The notes under the pieces are model-generated. The model was given only the letters and a program-made list of their open reading frames with translations. It had not been told where the DNA came from and ran no database searches. A DNA stretch of 62,268 bases, filler included. It is 7 parts of 7 records of this genome, joined end to end, with 100 filler letters (N's around TTAATTAATTAA, not from the genome) between each part and the next. Parts side by side here need not be neighbours in the genome. Positions count along the whole stretch, not along the records: positions 27,361 to 33,503 come from SRR31156797_27806; positions 33,604 to 45,735 come from SRR31156797_27811; 5 more parts are not named here. The stretch is one strand, 5' to 3'. The position numbers were made by a program, and so were the translations under genes. Positions 29,377 through 39,028 of this stretch are shown in pieces. Position 1 is the first letter of the stretch. Every line of letters begins with the position of its first letter.

Positions 29377-31644
29377 ATGCATCGAAAAATACTCTCTTTC
29401 CTGATGATACTCTCCTCCCTTCTTCCCCTTTGCGGCCGGGGCGACACCCTTGGGGCCCAGAGCCGCAAGATAGAATTCGATTCGCCCGATATCAACGACA
29501 GGGGCGAGATCATCCTCCGGGCCCTCTATCCTTCCCTCGCCGGGAATGACTACAGCGCTTTGATCAGGGGCTCCGCCCAGACCCTGAGGTCCGAGGCCCT
29601 GACCCTTTATCCCGAGCGCAGCTGGTACTTCGCCGCCCGGAACGAATACATGATCTATAACGCCTTCGGCTGTTTCAGCTACGATATGTCCGGAGGCATC
29701 TGGAGGGAGAACGATTTCGTCCCCTCATTCTCCGGTGGAACGCCCCTGTCCATACTCTCCCGCCTCCCCCTGGAGATGAGCCCCGACGGACGCTACGCCC
29801 TTTTCGTCTTTGAGAAAGAGGACGGCAAGGCCTCTCTCAGGCTCTTCGACCGGGACAGGCGGGTCATGATGACCGTCACCTCCGGCCTGGAGAGGGATTA
29901 CACCCTGCCCATGGCCAAATGGTCCCCCGATTCCCGCTACTTCATCTACAGAAGGGGCCGGGAGCTTTACTATTTCTCCCTGGACCAGTACCTGGCCGAC
30001 CGCATCCCCGCTGAAACCTTCAGGAAGACAGGATTCAGGGATATCCGCTCGGCGGTGTGGAGCTCTTCCAACTACCTGTACGTGGTCAGGGAGCGTTCCC
30101 TGTACAGGGTGCACAGCTCCGAGTTCTTCACCCGATCCTTCTACTCCGATCCCTTCAGGAGCGGCAACGTCTGGGCCCGGCTGCCCCTGGCCTTCGAACC
30201 CGCCTTCGACCGCTACTCCATAGACGGGGAGGGGCGGAGTCTCTTCCTGCTGAAAAACGGCCGGGAGGGCATGGTCGTTCCCCTGGCTTCGGATACCCTG
30301 ACCCAGGCCCCCGTGCTCTATCTGAACGCCGAATCCTCGGTCAAAGAGTCTGTGTGGATGCCCGACGGTTCCCTGCTTCTCCTGGTGGACGGGGGGACGG
30401 AGAAAGACCGCCTTATGCTTTACAGAGGCGGGGAAGGCGGGGCCTTCGAAGAGCTTATGAGGGGCGATCTCAACGGATTGAGGGCCCGGGAGAGTTCGGG
30501 CCGTTACGCCCTGATCAGGGACAACGCCCTGGAGATCCATCTGACCGCCGACGACTCGGAGGCCGATCTGGTCATCCCCTTTGCGGGGGGGCTGGACTTC
30601 TTCTGGACCCGGGACGGCTATATCGGAAGCGGGAGCGAACGGAGCGTGCTCTTCTCCTCCGACGGCAGGGAGAAGGATACCATCGCCCTGAGCCGCTGCG
30701 ACGCCGCCGGATTCAGCCCGGCGGGGGATCTGGTCGTCCTGAGCGGCGGCAGCTGGTACGGCTATGACGAGGCCCTGAGCTGGTCTTACCGCGGACGATC
30801 CGCCGAGCTGCGCCCTGCCCGGCAGAGCGCGGGGGACTACAGGATCTATCAGGAAAAGCTGACGGGCAGCTGGTACGACACGACCCTGAAGGTCAGGCTG
30901 AGCAGCGGCTTTACCACCAACGATTTCATCCGCCTGCCCGCCCTCCACCCGGAACGGCAGGAAAGGGACGCGGCAAGCCGCAAGAGCCATCCCTGGTTCT
31001 TCGATCACGGCACCCGCAGCGAGGGCAGGGAGCTGACCCTGGTCTTCAACGGCATCGACCATGCCGAGGGGACGGCGGATGTCCTGGAGATCCTGGACGC
31101 CTACGGCATCAGGGCGACGTTTTTCCTGAACGGAAACTTCATCCACGCCAATCCCTATCTGACCAAGCGGATCTCGCGCTCTGCCCATACGGTGGGCTCC
31201 CTCTTTTCCACCTGGTTCGATATGTCCGATCCGGCCTACAGCATCGACACGGAGTTTCTGAAGAAGGGGCTGGCCCGGAACGAAGACGACTACTTTATCG
31301 CCACGGGAAAAGAGATGGCCATGCTCTGGCACACCCCTTACTATTATCTGGACGAGGATGTGCTGGATGTCTCCTCGGCCTTGCAGTATGTTTATATAGG
31401 GACCGATCTGCCCCATGACGACCGCCCCGAGCGGATCTACCCCGGCAGAGGCCCCTATAACGCCCTGGATGAGGCCCGCGCCCTTCTGGGAAGGATCAAG
31501 CCGGGAGGAATCGTCGCCCTGACTCTGGGACGGGGGGCTGTTCAGGAGGAGTATCTGTTTTCTTTGCTGCCCTATCTTATTGACGAGCTGCTGCGCCAGG
31601 GATATGAATTTGTGGATCTGCAGAGGATGATGGATGCCAGATAG
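29377..31644 (+). CDS. Secreted beta-propeller plus polysaccharide deacetylase (CE4)-fold protein
   Basis: N-terminal signal peptide; SPDG/WSPDS repeats; LTLVFN...ATFFLNG...WHTPYY...PGGIV. Confidence 0.8.
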   Translation: MHRKILSFLMILSSLLPLCGRGDTLGAQSRKIEFDSPDINDRGEIILRALYPSLAGNDYSALIRGSAQTLRSEALTLYPERSWYFAARNEYMIYNAFGCFSYDMSGGIWRENDFVPSFSGGTPLSILSRLPLEMSPDGRYALFVFEKEDGKASLRLFDRDRRVMMTVTSGLERDYTLPMAKWSPDSRYFIYRRGRELYYFSLDQYLADRIPAETFRKTGFRDIRSAVWSSSNYLYVVRERSLYRVHSSEFFTRSFYSDPFRSGNVWARLPLAFEPAFDRYSIDGEGRSLFLLKNGREGMVVPLASDTLTQAPVLYLNAESSVKESVWMPDGSLLLLVDGGTEKDRLMLYRGGEGGAFEELMRGDLNGLRARESSGRYALIRDNALEIHLTADDSEADLVIPFAGGLDFFWTRDGYIGSGSERSVLFSSDGREKDTIALSRCDAAGFSPAGDLVVLSGGSWYGYDEALSWSYRGRSAELRPARQSAGDYRIYQEKLTGSWYDTTLKVRLSSGFTTNDFIRLPALHPERQERDAASRKSHPWFFDHGTRSEGRELTLVFNGIDHAEGTADVLEILDAYGIRATFFLNGNFIHANPYLTKRISRSAHTVGSLFSTWFDMSDPAYSIDTEFLKKGLARNEDDYFIATGKEMAMLWHTPYYYLDEDVLDVSSALQYVYIGTDLPHDDRPERIYPGRGPYNALDEARALLGRIKPGGIVALTLGRGAVQEEYLFSLLPYLIDELLRQGYEFVDLQRMMDAR

Positions 31645-31858
31645 CTTCGGAAAGGGGGGGACGATGAGGATTGAAAGGAATTCGGCCGCGGGACATCTTG
31701 AATTTATTGGGCATGAGCTATAGCGTATTCAGACATGCCCCGGTTCCGGGAAAACCGGAAGGCCGATGCGGGAAAAAAAATTATTTAAAAAAAATATTTG
31801 AGCTTAAGTATCTTATTGCCGAGAATAGAAAGAAGATAATTGGGAGGGTTTGCCCTGC

Positions 31859-32275
31859 ATGAAGAATAATCCGTTGAATGCTTATCGCCAGACCAGAGTC
31901 AAAACAGCCAGTCAGGGACGTTTGATCGTTATGCTTTATGAGGAGGCCGTCAAACAGCTGGACATAGCTTTGGATGAGATGAACAAGCCCCGGAAGAAGC
32001 TGGACAAGGTACACAACAGCATCGTCAAAACCCAGGACATCATCACCGAGCTGATGGCTTCCCTGGACTTCGAAAAGGGCGGGGACATCGCCCAGAACCT
32101 CTACAATCTTTACATGTTTTTCAACCAGCAGCTGCTGGATGCCAATATGAACAAGGAGTCCTCGGCTCTCAAGGATATCCGCGACATGATGGCCGAGCTG
32201 AGAGACGCCTGGACATCCATCGAGGGGCAGGCCGCCTCCGGGCAGACTTCCGTTGGTGTGAACATCGCCGGATAG
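31859..32275 (+). CDS. fliS: Flagellar export chaperone
   Basis: AY....VKTASQGRLIVMLYE, ELMASLDFEKGG.IAQNL..LY and LRDAW motifs. Confidence 0.95.
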   Translation: MKNNPLNAYRQTRVKTASQGRLIVMLYEEAVKQLDIALDEMNKPRKKLDKVHNSIVKTQDIITELMASLDFEKGGDIAQNLYNLYMFFNQQLLDANMNKESSALKDIRDMMAELRDAWTSIEGQAASGQTSVGVNIAG

Positions 32276-32281
32276 GAGCGT

Positions 32282-32692
32282 ATGCCCGCCTTCCCCTGGT
32301 TCGCAATCCTGGTCGGGAACCTCGTTTCCGCCTATGACTCTTACAACTCCCTTCTCAAGCAGATCAACCGTCTCTCCGATAATCCGCTGAAGGCGCGGCT
32401 GCAGCCCTTCCTCCCCGAGGAGGAGAGGCGCGGTCGTAAGATTATAAAAGCGGAAACCGTTCTGGCGAACTGGCTGAAAGAGGCCCCCCGCCTGGCCGAC
32501 GAGGCGCCCGCCGAACTGGCCCTTTTGCAAAAGAAGAGGGAGGAGTGCCGCATTTTGCGCAATGAGGGTAGCCGCGTCCTGAAAAGCGGATTATCCTTAC
32601 TGGAAAAGGAGGGCAGGATGGTTCGCAATCCCGCCCTTCGGAAATCCAGAGCAAAGGAAGCGGCCCCCCGGCTGATCGACATTAAACTATGA
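32282..32692 (+). CDS. Hypothetical helical protein (position suggests a FliT/FlgN-like chaperone)
   Basis: 136 aa with AGGAG RBS, between fliS and polA; ATGA overlap with polA. Confidence 0.55.
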   Translation: MPAFPWFAILVGNLVSAYDSYNSLLKQINRLSDNPLKARLQPFLPEEERRGRKIIKAETVLANWLKEAPRLADEAPAELALLQKKREECRILRNEGSRVLKSGLSLLEKEGRMVRNPALRKSRAKEAAPRLIDIKL

Positions 32693-33503
32693 AAGACCCC
32701 CTCTATCTCCTTGACGGATACGGCCTGATCTACAGATCCTACTTCGGCTTTATCCGCTCCCCCCTGAGAAATCCCGAAGGACGGAACATCTCCGCCGTGT
32801 TCGGCTTTTTCCGATCCCTGTTGAACATGCTTGCCAAACGGGATACGAAGAACCTGGTGGTCCTGATGGACTCCAAGACCAAGACCTTCCGCCACGAGAT
32901 GTACCCCGAGTACAAGGCCACCCGGGACAAGACCCCGGATGACCTGTTCGAGCAGATTCCCCTGATCGAGGAGCTGCTGGAGCTGATGGGATTCACGGTC
33001 CTCCGGGTGGACGGCTATGAGGCGGATGACCTGATGGGAACCCTGGCGGTCAGGGCGAAGGCCGAAGGGCGCCCCTGCTATATCATCTCCGGGGACAAGG
33101 ACCTTCTCCAGTTCACGGACGAGGGCATCGGCATTCTGAAGCCCGTGAAGAGCGACTTCGAAGAGCTGGACCGGGACGGGGTCTTCGAGGACCGGGGCGT
33201 CTGGCCCGAGCAGATCGTGGACTACCTTTCCCTGGTGGGCGATACGGCGGACAACGTCCCCGGCGTGGCGGGCATCGGGCCCAAGACGGCGGCCAAGCTC
33301 CTCCAGACCTATACCACTCTGGAAGGCGTCTACGAGCATCTGGACGAAATCAAGAGCAAGAGCCAGCGGGAGAAGCTGGAGAAGGACAGGGAGAACGCCT
33401 TCTTCAGCAAGGAGCTGGTCATCATCAAAACCGACGTGCCCCTGCCCGACGGCTTCGATCCCGCGTCCCTGACCATCAGCAACTTCAACTCGGAAGAGGC
33501 GGC
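32689..33503 (+). CDS. polA: DNA polymerase I, 5'-3' exonuclease domain, 3' truncated
   Basis: LLDG, TFRHEMYPEYKATR, YEADD, SGDKD and GDTADNVPGV.GIGPKTA motifs. Confidence 0.93.
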
Positions 33504-33603
33504 NNNNNNNNNNNNNNNNNNNNNNNNNNNNNNNNNNNNNNNNNNNNTTAATTAATTAANNNNNNNNNNNNNNNNNNNNNNNNNNNNNNNNNNNNNNNNN
33601 NNN
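33504..33603. other. Artificial contig linker
   Basis: N44-TTAATTAATTAA-N44. Confidence 0.98.
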
Positions 33604-34357
33604 CAAATTTCTCATGGTGACACAGGGCGATGTCCGCGCTCATCCGAAGGTAGTCGGCCCTGGGATAGCGTTTCAGGGCCTCGTTCAGGGTTTCGAATCC
33701 GATGGTGGCGTGGCTCTTCATGATCTCGAACTCCTTGTCGTCGAACCGTCCCGGCTTGAGCAGCACATAGTCCGGGATGCCGATCTTGCCGATATCGTGG
33801 AGGGGGCTTGTCAGAAAGATGTTCTCCACAAACACCGTGGTGATCTCCCCGGGGGGATCGTCCAGACCGGCCATGGCATTGGCAAGGGTCCTGGAATAGA
33901 AGCGGATTCGTTCCAGGTGGTTGCCGGTCTCAGGGTCCCTTGATTCCGCAAGCTTGGCCATGGAGAAAATTACCAGATCCCGGGTTTCAAATCCGAGGAT
34001 GCGCTGTCCTACCTGGATGCGTACCGCTAGCTCCTCCTTGATAAAGGGCTTGGTGATGAAATCGTCCGCCCCGGCCTTCATGCTTTCCACACAGTCCTTG
34101 GTGCCGGTCTTGGCAGAGACCATGATCAGGTAGGTGTAGCGGCTGCCTTCGGCTTGGCGGATCCGGGCGCAGAGCCCCGGACCGTCCAGGCCGGGCATGA
34201 GCCAATCGGTGATGACCAGCCGGGGCCGCTCGGCCTTCCACATCTCCCAGGCCTCCAGACCGTTCGATCCCACAAGCAGTTCATAGCCGAGGCTTTGAAC
34301 CAGGACCTCCATTTTTTTCCGGCTCACCAGTTCATCATCAACGATCATTACCTTCAT
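33604..34357 (-). CDS. REC-HD-GYP (RpfG-like) c-di-GMP phosphodiesterase, 3' truncated
   Basis: REC domain, then AESRDPETGNHLER, LHDIGKIGIPD and HHEK. Confidence 0.92.
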
Positions 34358-34394
34358 TTGTACCGCCTTTTATCCACGTCTCATTTCACTCGAC

Positions 34395-37394
34395 TCAACA
34401 GGGGCATCCCAATTCCCTGGCATGGTTCGCCAGTCGTTCCAACTCATTTTCAAGCCGTGCCAACGCCGCTTCGCCCGGATCGTTTTCCAGCCCATGGGCA
34501 AGGTCTGCAAGCCTGTCCGCCGTGAGGTTGGCCGCTCCCCCCTTGATGGCGTGGGCCTCTCTTTTTATCACATCCCCCTCCATATCTGCCAGGGCCTTTT
34601 TCATGGTGGCGACTTGTTCTTTTGTAATGGCCATAAAACCGGTCAGGAGCTCCAGGACCAGTTCCCTTTCTCCGTCAAACTCCTCGATGGCCCGCTCCAG
34701 CGCCATGGGCGGCGTCTCCTCCTTCGGCTCGGCCGGGGCATCGGGGGAGGCAGGGCCGGTCCCCCAGCGGTCCACCATGGCAAGCAACGCTTCCCGGCCC
34801 AGGGGTTTGGTGATGTAATCGTTCATGCCTGTGCTGAGGCATTGCTCCCGGTAGCCTTTGACGGCATGGGCGGTCATGGCGATGATGGGCACGGGGGGCC
34901 GGTCGGAGACGGGGTGGTTCCTTTCCACCTCCCGGATCGCCCGGGTGGCTTCGTAGCCGTCCATCTTCGGCATCTGGAGATCCATGAGCACCAGGTCGTA
35001 GCAGTGCTGGCCAAAGGCCTCCACCGCCTCCTGGCCGTTTTCGGCAAGGTCCACACGGTAGCCGGCACGGGTCAGGTGGGCCATGGCCACCTTCTGGTTG
35101 ACCGGATAGTCCTCCACCAGGAGCAGGTGCCCCTTTTCCCGGTGCTCGACCGGCCGGATCGGGTGTCCAGGAGGATCCTCCGCCATGCCGGTGTCTTCTT
35201 CCGGCAGGTTCGTCCCTTGTTTCTCCAGGGTGTCCGGGCGGTCGAAGGCCACGGTGAACCAGAATCTCGAGCCCTTGCCCGGCTCGCTCTCCACATCCAT
35301 GGTGCCCCCCATGAGTTGCACCAGCTGCCTGGAGATGGTGGTGCCAAGGCCGGTGCCGCCATATTTGCGGGTGGTTGACCCGTCCGCCTGGGTAAAGCTG
35401 TCAAAGATGGTGGCAAGCTTGTCCCGGGAGATCCCGATGCCGGTGTCCGTGACCGAAAAAACCATCCTGTATTTCCGGCCCGGCCCGGCTTCCCCCTCGG
35501 CCCTGATACCGATCTCCCCCTGGTGGGTGAACTTCAAGGCATTGCCCACAAGATTGGTCAGGATCTGTCGCAGCCGGGCAGGATCCCCCATCAGCCTGGG
35601 GGGCCGGGTGCCGGGCAGGGTGACGGTGAGGGCCACGCCTTTTTGCTCCGCCTGGAGGGCAAACCGCCTGGCCACGGAGTGGACGGTTTTGCCCACATCA
35701 AACGGGATGCTTTCCAGCTCGATCTTTCCGGCCTCGATCTTGGAGAAGTCCAGGACAAAGTTGATCACCTCCAGCAGGGAATCGGCCTCTTCGTTGATGG
35801 TTTCGACAATGGTCTGCTGTTCCCTGTTGAGACCCGTATCAAGGGCCAGCTCCGCCATGCCCAGGATGCCGTTCAGGGGGGTCCGGATCTCGTGGCTCAT
35901 GTTGGCCAGGAACTGGCTCTTGGCAAGGCTGGCTGCCTCGGCGGCCCGGCGGGCCTTTTCCAGGGCCCGGTTGGCCCGGCGGATCTCGGCATCGGCTTTC
36001 TGCCGTTCGGTGATATCCACAAAGGCCGCGAGCAGCACCTCCTCCCCGTTGAGTACGATGGGCAGCGCGGTTTTGAGAATGGGGATCTCGCCCCCATCCC
36101 GGGTCAGCAGGATCTGTTCGCTGGCGTCAATGGTCCGGCCCAGGTCCAGGAGGGGGCAGGCCCCTTCCGGGGCCGGGCAGATGGTGCCGTGGCACACCTT
36201 TCCCAGGACCTGGTCCATGGTCTCATGTTCCATCATGGCCAGGGCCGCCTGGTTGGCATGGCGAATCCGCCGGTCCTTGCCAATGATCATCACCCCGTAG
36301 GGAAGGCTGTCCAGCATGGTCTGGAGCATGGCCTGGGAGCGTCTCAGCTCAAGGGTCTGTTCCTTGACCTGCTCCTCAAGGGTGTCCCTGTGACGGGCCA
36401 GGGTTTCCTGGGACTGGAACAGGCTCTTGAGTACCTGGTTAAAGGCCTGGGCAAGCTTGCTGAACTCCACGTGGTGGATGGCGTCTTCATCAAGATAGCG
36501 CCTGGAGGGGTTGTCGGCAATGGTCTGGGCCTGCTCGGCCATCAGTTCCAGGGGTGTGCTCACCTTTCTTGCAATGGCAAAACTGACCGCCAGGGTCAGG
36601 GCGAAGATGGCGCTGCACAGGATCAGCAGCAGGATGATCAGGGAGAGCTTGTCCGCCTTGAGGCCTGTTGAGGAGGCGGCAAAGAGAAACCCCGGCAGAT
36701 TTTTCATGTGAAAAAGGTGGGTGTCGGTATCCCCGTCCAGTGCAACCCGTTGCCCGGTTTTCAGATTCACAAGCCCGTCCGGGGTGCGTACCAGGAGCCG
36801 GGCCCCGTACTGGGTGTCGAACCGCTGCCAGAACTCCCTGTCTTTTTGGATTTCATACAGGGCATAGCCGGTGGCGATCCGCTTCTCTTTTCGCATGATG
36901 GGAACGGAGAACGCGGCGATGATTCGGTTGTTCAAATAATGGAAGCCATTGGGCAGGAGAGCGTCGCCGGCCTCCTTGTCCCCCGGTTGGGCCATCCAGT
37001 CCGCCAGGGGGGGCGGAAGCCCGGGAATGAATTTCTCCGCCTTTGGGTCCAGGATCGTGAAGAAAACCCCCCGGGATTGGGGATACTGGCGTTCCATCAT
37101 CTCGAGGAGCTGGCCGTGGACCCCAAGCATCACAACGATCCGGACGGCATTGTCCTGGCCCAGGAACGCGAGCTGGGAGTTGATGGATGCCACCCTGTCC
37201 TGGACCTCCATGGTCGCTTCGGATTGCCGGAGCTTGAGTTCGTGGAAAAATTCCCGGGTCATGCTGCTGCTCAGGATGCTGTACAGCACCCCCACCACCA
37301 GGAAGAGGGAGAGGAAAATCAATGCCACCAGTATGGTGACCAGAAAATTGGAGAATTTCTTTTGCCGGGGGAAGGAGGGGATGGTTTTTGCCAT
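34395..37394 (-). CDS. Membrane hybrid sensor kinase (HAMP-PAS-HisKA-HATPase-REC-Hpt)
   Basis: Two TM segments, [20 protein letters not shown] and Hpt AHAIKG motifs. Confidence 0.95.
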   Translation of the reverse strand: MAKTIPSFPRQKKFSNFLVTILVALIFLSLFLVVGVLYSILSSSMTREFFHELKLRQSEATMEVQDRVASINSQLAFLGQDNAVRIVVMLGVHGQLLEMMERQYPQSRGVFFTILDPKAEKFIPGLPPPLADWMAQPGDKEAGDALLPNGFHYLNNRIIAAFSVPIMRKEKRIATGYALYEIQKDREFWQRFDTQYGARLLVRTPDGLVNLKTGQRVALDGDTDTHLFHMKNLPGFLFAASSTGLKADKLSLIILLLILCSAIFALTLAVSFAIARKVSTPLELMAEQAQTIADNPSRRYLDEDAIHHVEFSKLAQAFNQVLKSLFQSQETLARHRDTLEEQVKEQTLELRRSQAMLQTMLDSLPYGVMIIGKDRRIRHANQAALAMMEHETMDQVLGKVCHGTICPAPEGACPLLDLGRTIDASEQILLTRDGGEIPILKTALPIVLNGEEVLLAAFVDITERQKADAEIRRANRALEKARRAAEAASLAKSQFLANMSHEIRTPLNGILGMAELALDTGLNREQQTIVETINEEADSLLEVINFVLDFSKIEAGKIELESIPFDVGKTVHSVARRFALQAEQKGVALTVTLPGTRPPRLMGDPARLRQILTNLVGNALKFTHQGEIGIRAEGEAGPGRKYRMVFSVTDTGIGISRDKLATIFDSFTQADGSTTRKYGGTGLGTTISRQLVQLMGGTMDVESEPGKGSRFWFTVAFDRPDTLEKQGTNLPEEDTGMAEDPPGHPIRPVEHREKGHLLLVEDYPVNQKVAMAHLTRAGYRVDLAENGQEAVEAFGQHCYDLVLMDLQMPKMDGYEATRAIREVERNHPVSDRPPVPIIAMTAHAVKGYREQCLSTGMNDYITKPLGREALLAMVDRWGTGPASPDAPAEPKEETPPMALERAIEEFDGERELVLELLTGFMAITKEQVATMKKALADMEGDVIKREAHAIKGGAANLTADRLADLAHGLENDPGEAALARLENELERLANHARELGCPC

Positions 37395-37395
37395 G

Positions 37396-38469
37396 TTACT
37401 CCGTGATCACTTCGTCGGCGGCCATGAGGATATCCGAAGGGATGGTGATTCCCAGTTGTCTGGCCCGTTTGAGGTTGAACACCAGGGCGTACTTCCTGGC
37501 ATCCTGGATGGGAAGGGTGCCCGGGGAGGCGCCATTGAGGATGCGTGCCACCATCTGGCCCACCTGGACGCCCATGGCGTGGAAATCCACGGCCGCCCCG
37601 CCAAAGAGCCCCATGTGGGCAAAGGCGTAGTTGAGGGGGATCTCGGTCTTTTTCGAATGGGTGACGGTCCAGGCAAAAATTTCAGGCGCGGTATAGGTGG
37701 CGCCGCCAGCATCCTTGAGCAGCAGCACCGCCGGGTAGATGGCGCCGGTGGCGGGGTCCTGGTTTGCCTGGAGAATTGCCCCCTGATACTGTTCCCAATC
37801 CGTGATGGTGATGATCTCCCAATCGCAGGGGATGGTGGCGTTGGCCATCTCAAGGCGGATCTGCCTGTGGATGGCGGTCCCCGTGGGGGAGGTGTCCACA
37901 AAGATCCTCACCTTTTCAAGGCCGGGCAGCAGCCGTGCGTGGACCCGGATGGCATCGGCGATGTAGAGCTTTTCATAGACGCCGGTGATGTTGTGCCCCG
38001 GTCGTTGTCGTGTTTCCATGAACCGCTTGATCCTGTTGTACGCTTCGGGCTGGCCGTTCAGGCCGCAGAAAACGATGGCCATGGGGGTATCCGTAAGCGC
38101 CAGGGCCACAGTCCTGAAGGCATTGTCATCCAAGGGAACAAGGATATGGGGCTTGAAACGGTGGATGGCGGCCCGGGCCGTTTGGGCCTGGCGGTGAATG
38201 AGGGCGGGGGTGTTGTTTGTCCGTTTGGTGTCCATGTAATAGGCCTGGACCTTGAAATCGACGTTTTCTTCAAACCCCGCGGCGTTGAGGGCCGAAAGCA
38301 CGCCGTCGTGCTGGGGTTGGCCGCAGACATGGTTCTCTTCATAGCTGTGAAGGATAAAAATGCGATGCATTTCATCCGGGTGGGAAAAGGCGGTCCGGAA
38401 AGGCGTCAGCGCAAGGCATACCCCTGTTAGAACCGCAACGAAAAAAGGCGCCCAAACCGGACGGCTCAT
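37396..38469 (-). CDS. ABC-type substrate-binding-like periplasmic protein
   Basis: Signal peptide; ILHSY, YMDTKR, LDDNA, NITGVYE and FNLKRARQLGITIP motifs. Confidence 0.85.
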   Translation of the reverse strand: MSRPVWAPFFVAVLTGVCLALTPFRTAFSHPDEMHRIFILHSYEENHVCGQPQHDGVLSALNAAGFEENVDFKVQAYYMDTKRTNNTPALIHRQAQTARAAIHRFKPHILVPLDDNAFRTVALALTDTPMAIVFCGLNGQPEAYNRIKRFMETRQRPGHNITGVYEKLYIADAIRVHARLLPGLEKVRIFVDTSPTGTAIHRQIRLEMANATIPCDWEIITITDWEQYQGAILQANQDPATGAIYPAVLLLKDAGGATYTAPEIFAWTVTHSKKTEIPLNYAFAHMGLFGGAAVDFHAMGVQVGQMVARILNGASPGTLPIQDARKYALVFNLKRARQLGITIPSDILMAADEVITE

Positions 38470-38855
38470 AATCCTATCTTCCTGATCTTTTCGTCCACGA
38501 TCTCCCTGGAAAAGGGCTTGATGATATAGTCGTCACACCCTGCCACAATGCTGAGGAGGACCGTCTCCTGATCCGCATGGGAGGTGACCATCAGTACCTT
38601 GACTTTTCCATTTTCCCGGACGTTGTTCTCCTCTTCAATCTCCCGCAGCCGGGATAACACCTCGGTGCCCCTCATGTCGGGCAGGGAGATATCCAGGGTG
38701 ACGAGGCCAAACCCCTCCCCCTTTCCAAGGGCCTTGGAAAAGAGGGTCAGGGCCTGGCTCCCGGTGGCAACCCCGGTGCATTGCCCTAATTTGTCCAGGA
38801 TGGTTACCATTTTCTTTCTGCTGACAAGTTCATCATCAACAACAAGAATCTTCAT
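38466..38855 (-). CDS. Stand-alone response regulator (CheY-like)
   Basis: VVDD, LDISLP, MVTS and KPF; 129 aa. Confidence 0.92.
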   Translation of the reverse strand: MKILVVDDELVSRKKMVTILDKLGQCTGVATGSQALTLFSKALGKGEGFGLVTLDISLPDMRGTEVLSRLREIEEENNVRENGKVKVLMVTSHADQETVLLSIVAGCDDYIIKPFSREIVDEKIRKIGL

Positions 38856-39028
38856 TGTCCCTTCCTTTTCGCTATCGGGTTAACCGCTCTTTTCCGGGGA
38901 AGGCGTTTTGCTTTCTTGTTTTCCTGCTTCCCTCACTGGTTCCATAGTGTATATACCGGAAACCGCATGTAAATTCATGGAAAAAAATCGTTTTTTCGGG
39001 ATATCCCTGTTTCCGTCCCTCCCCGGGC

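Noticed and set aside
31798-31825. Sigma28 promoter for fliS
   Set aside because: GCCGAGAA is a fair -10, but no TAAA-like -35 lies at proper spacing; too weak to call.
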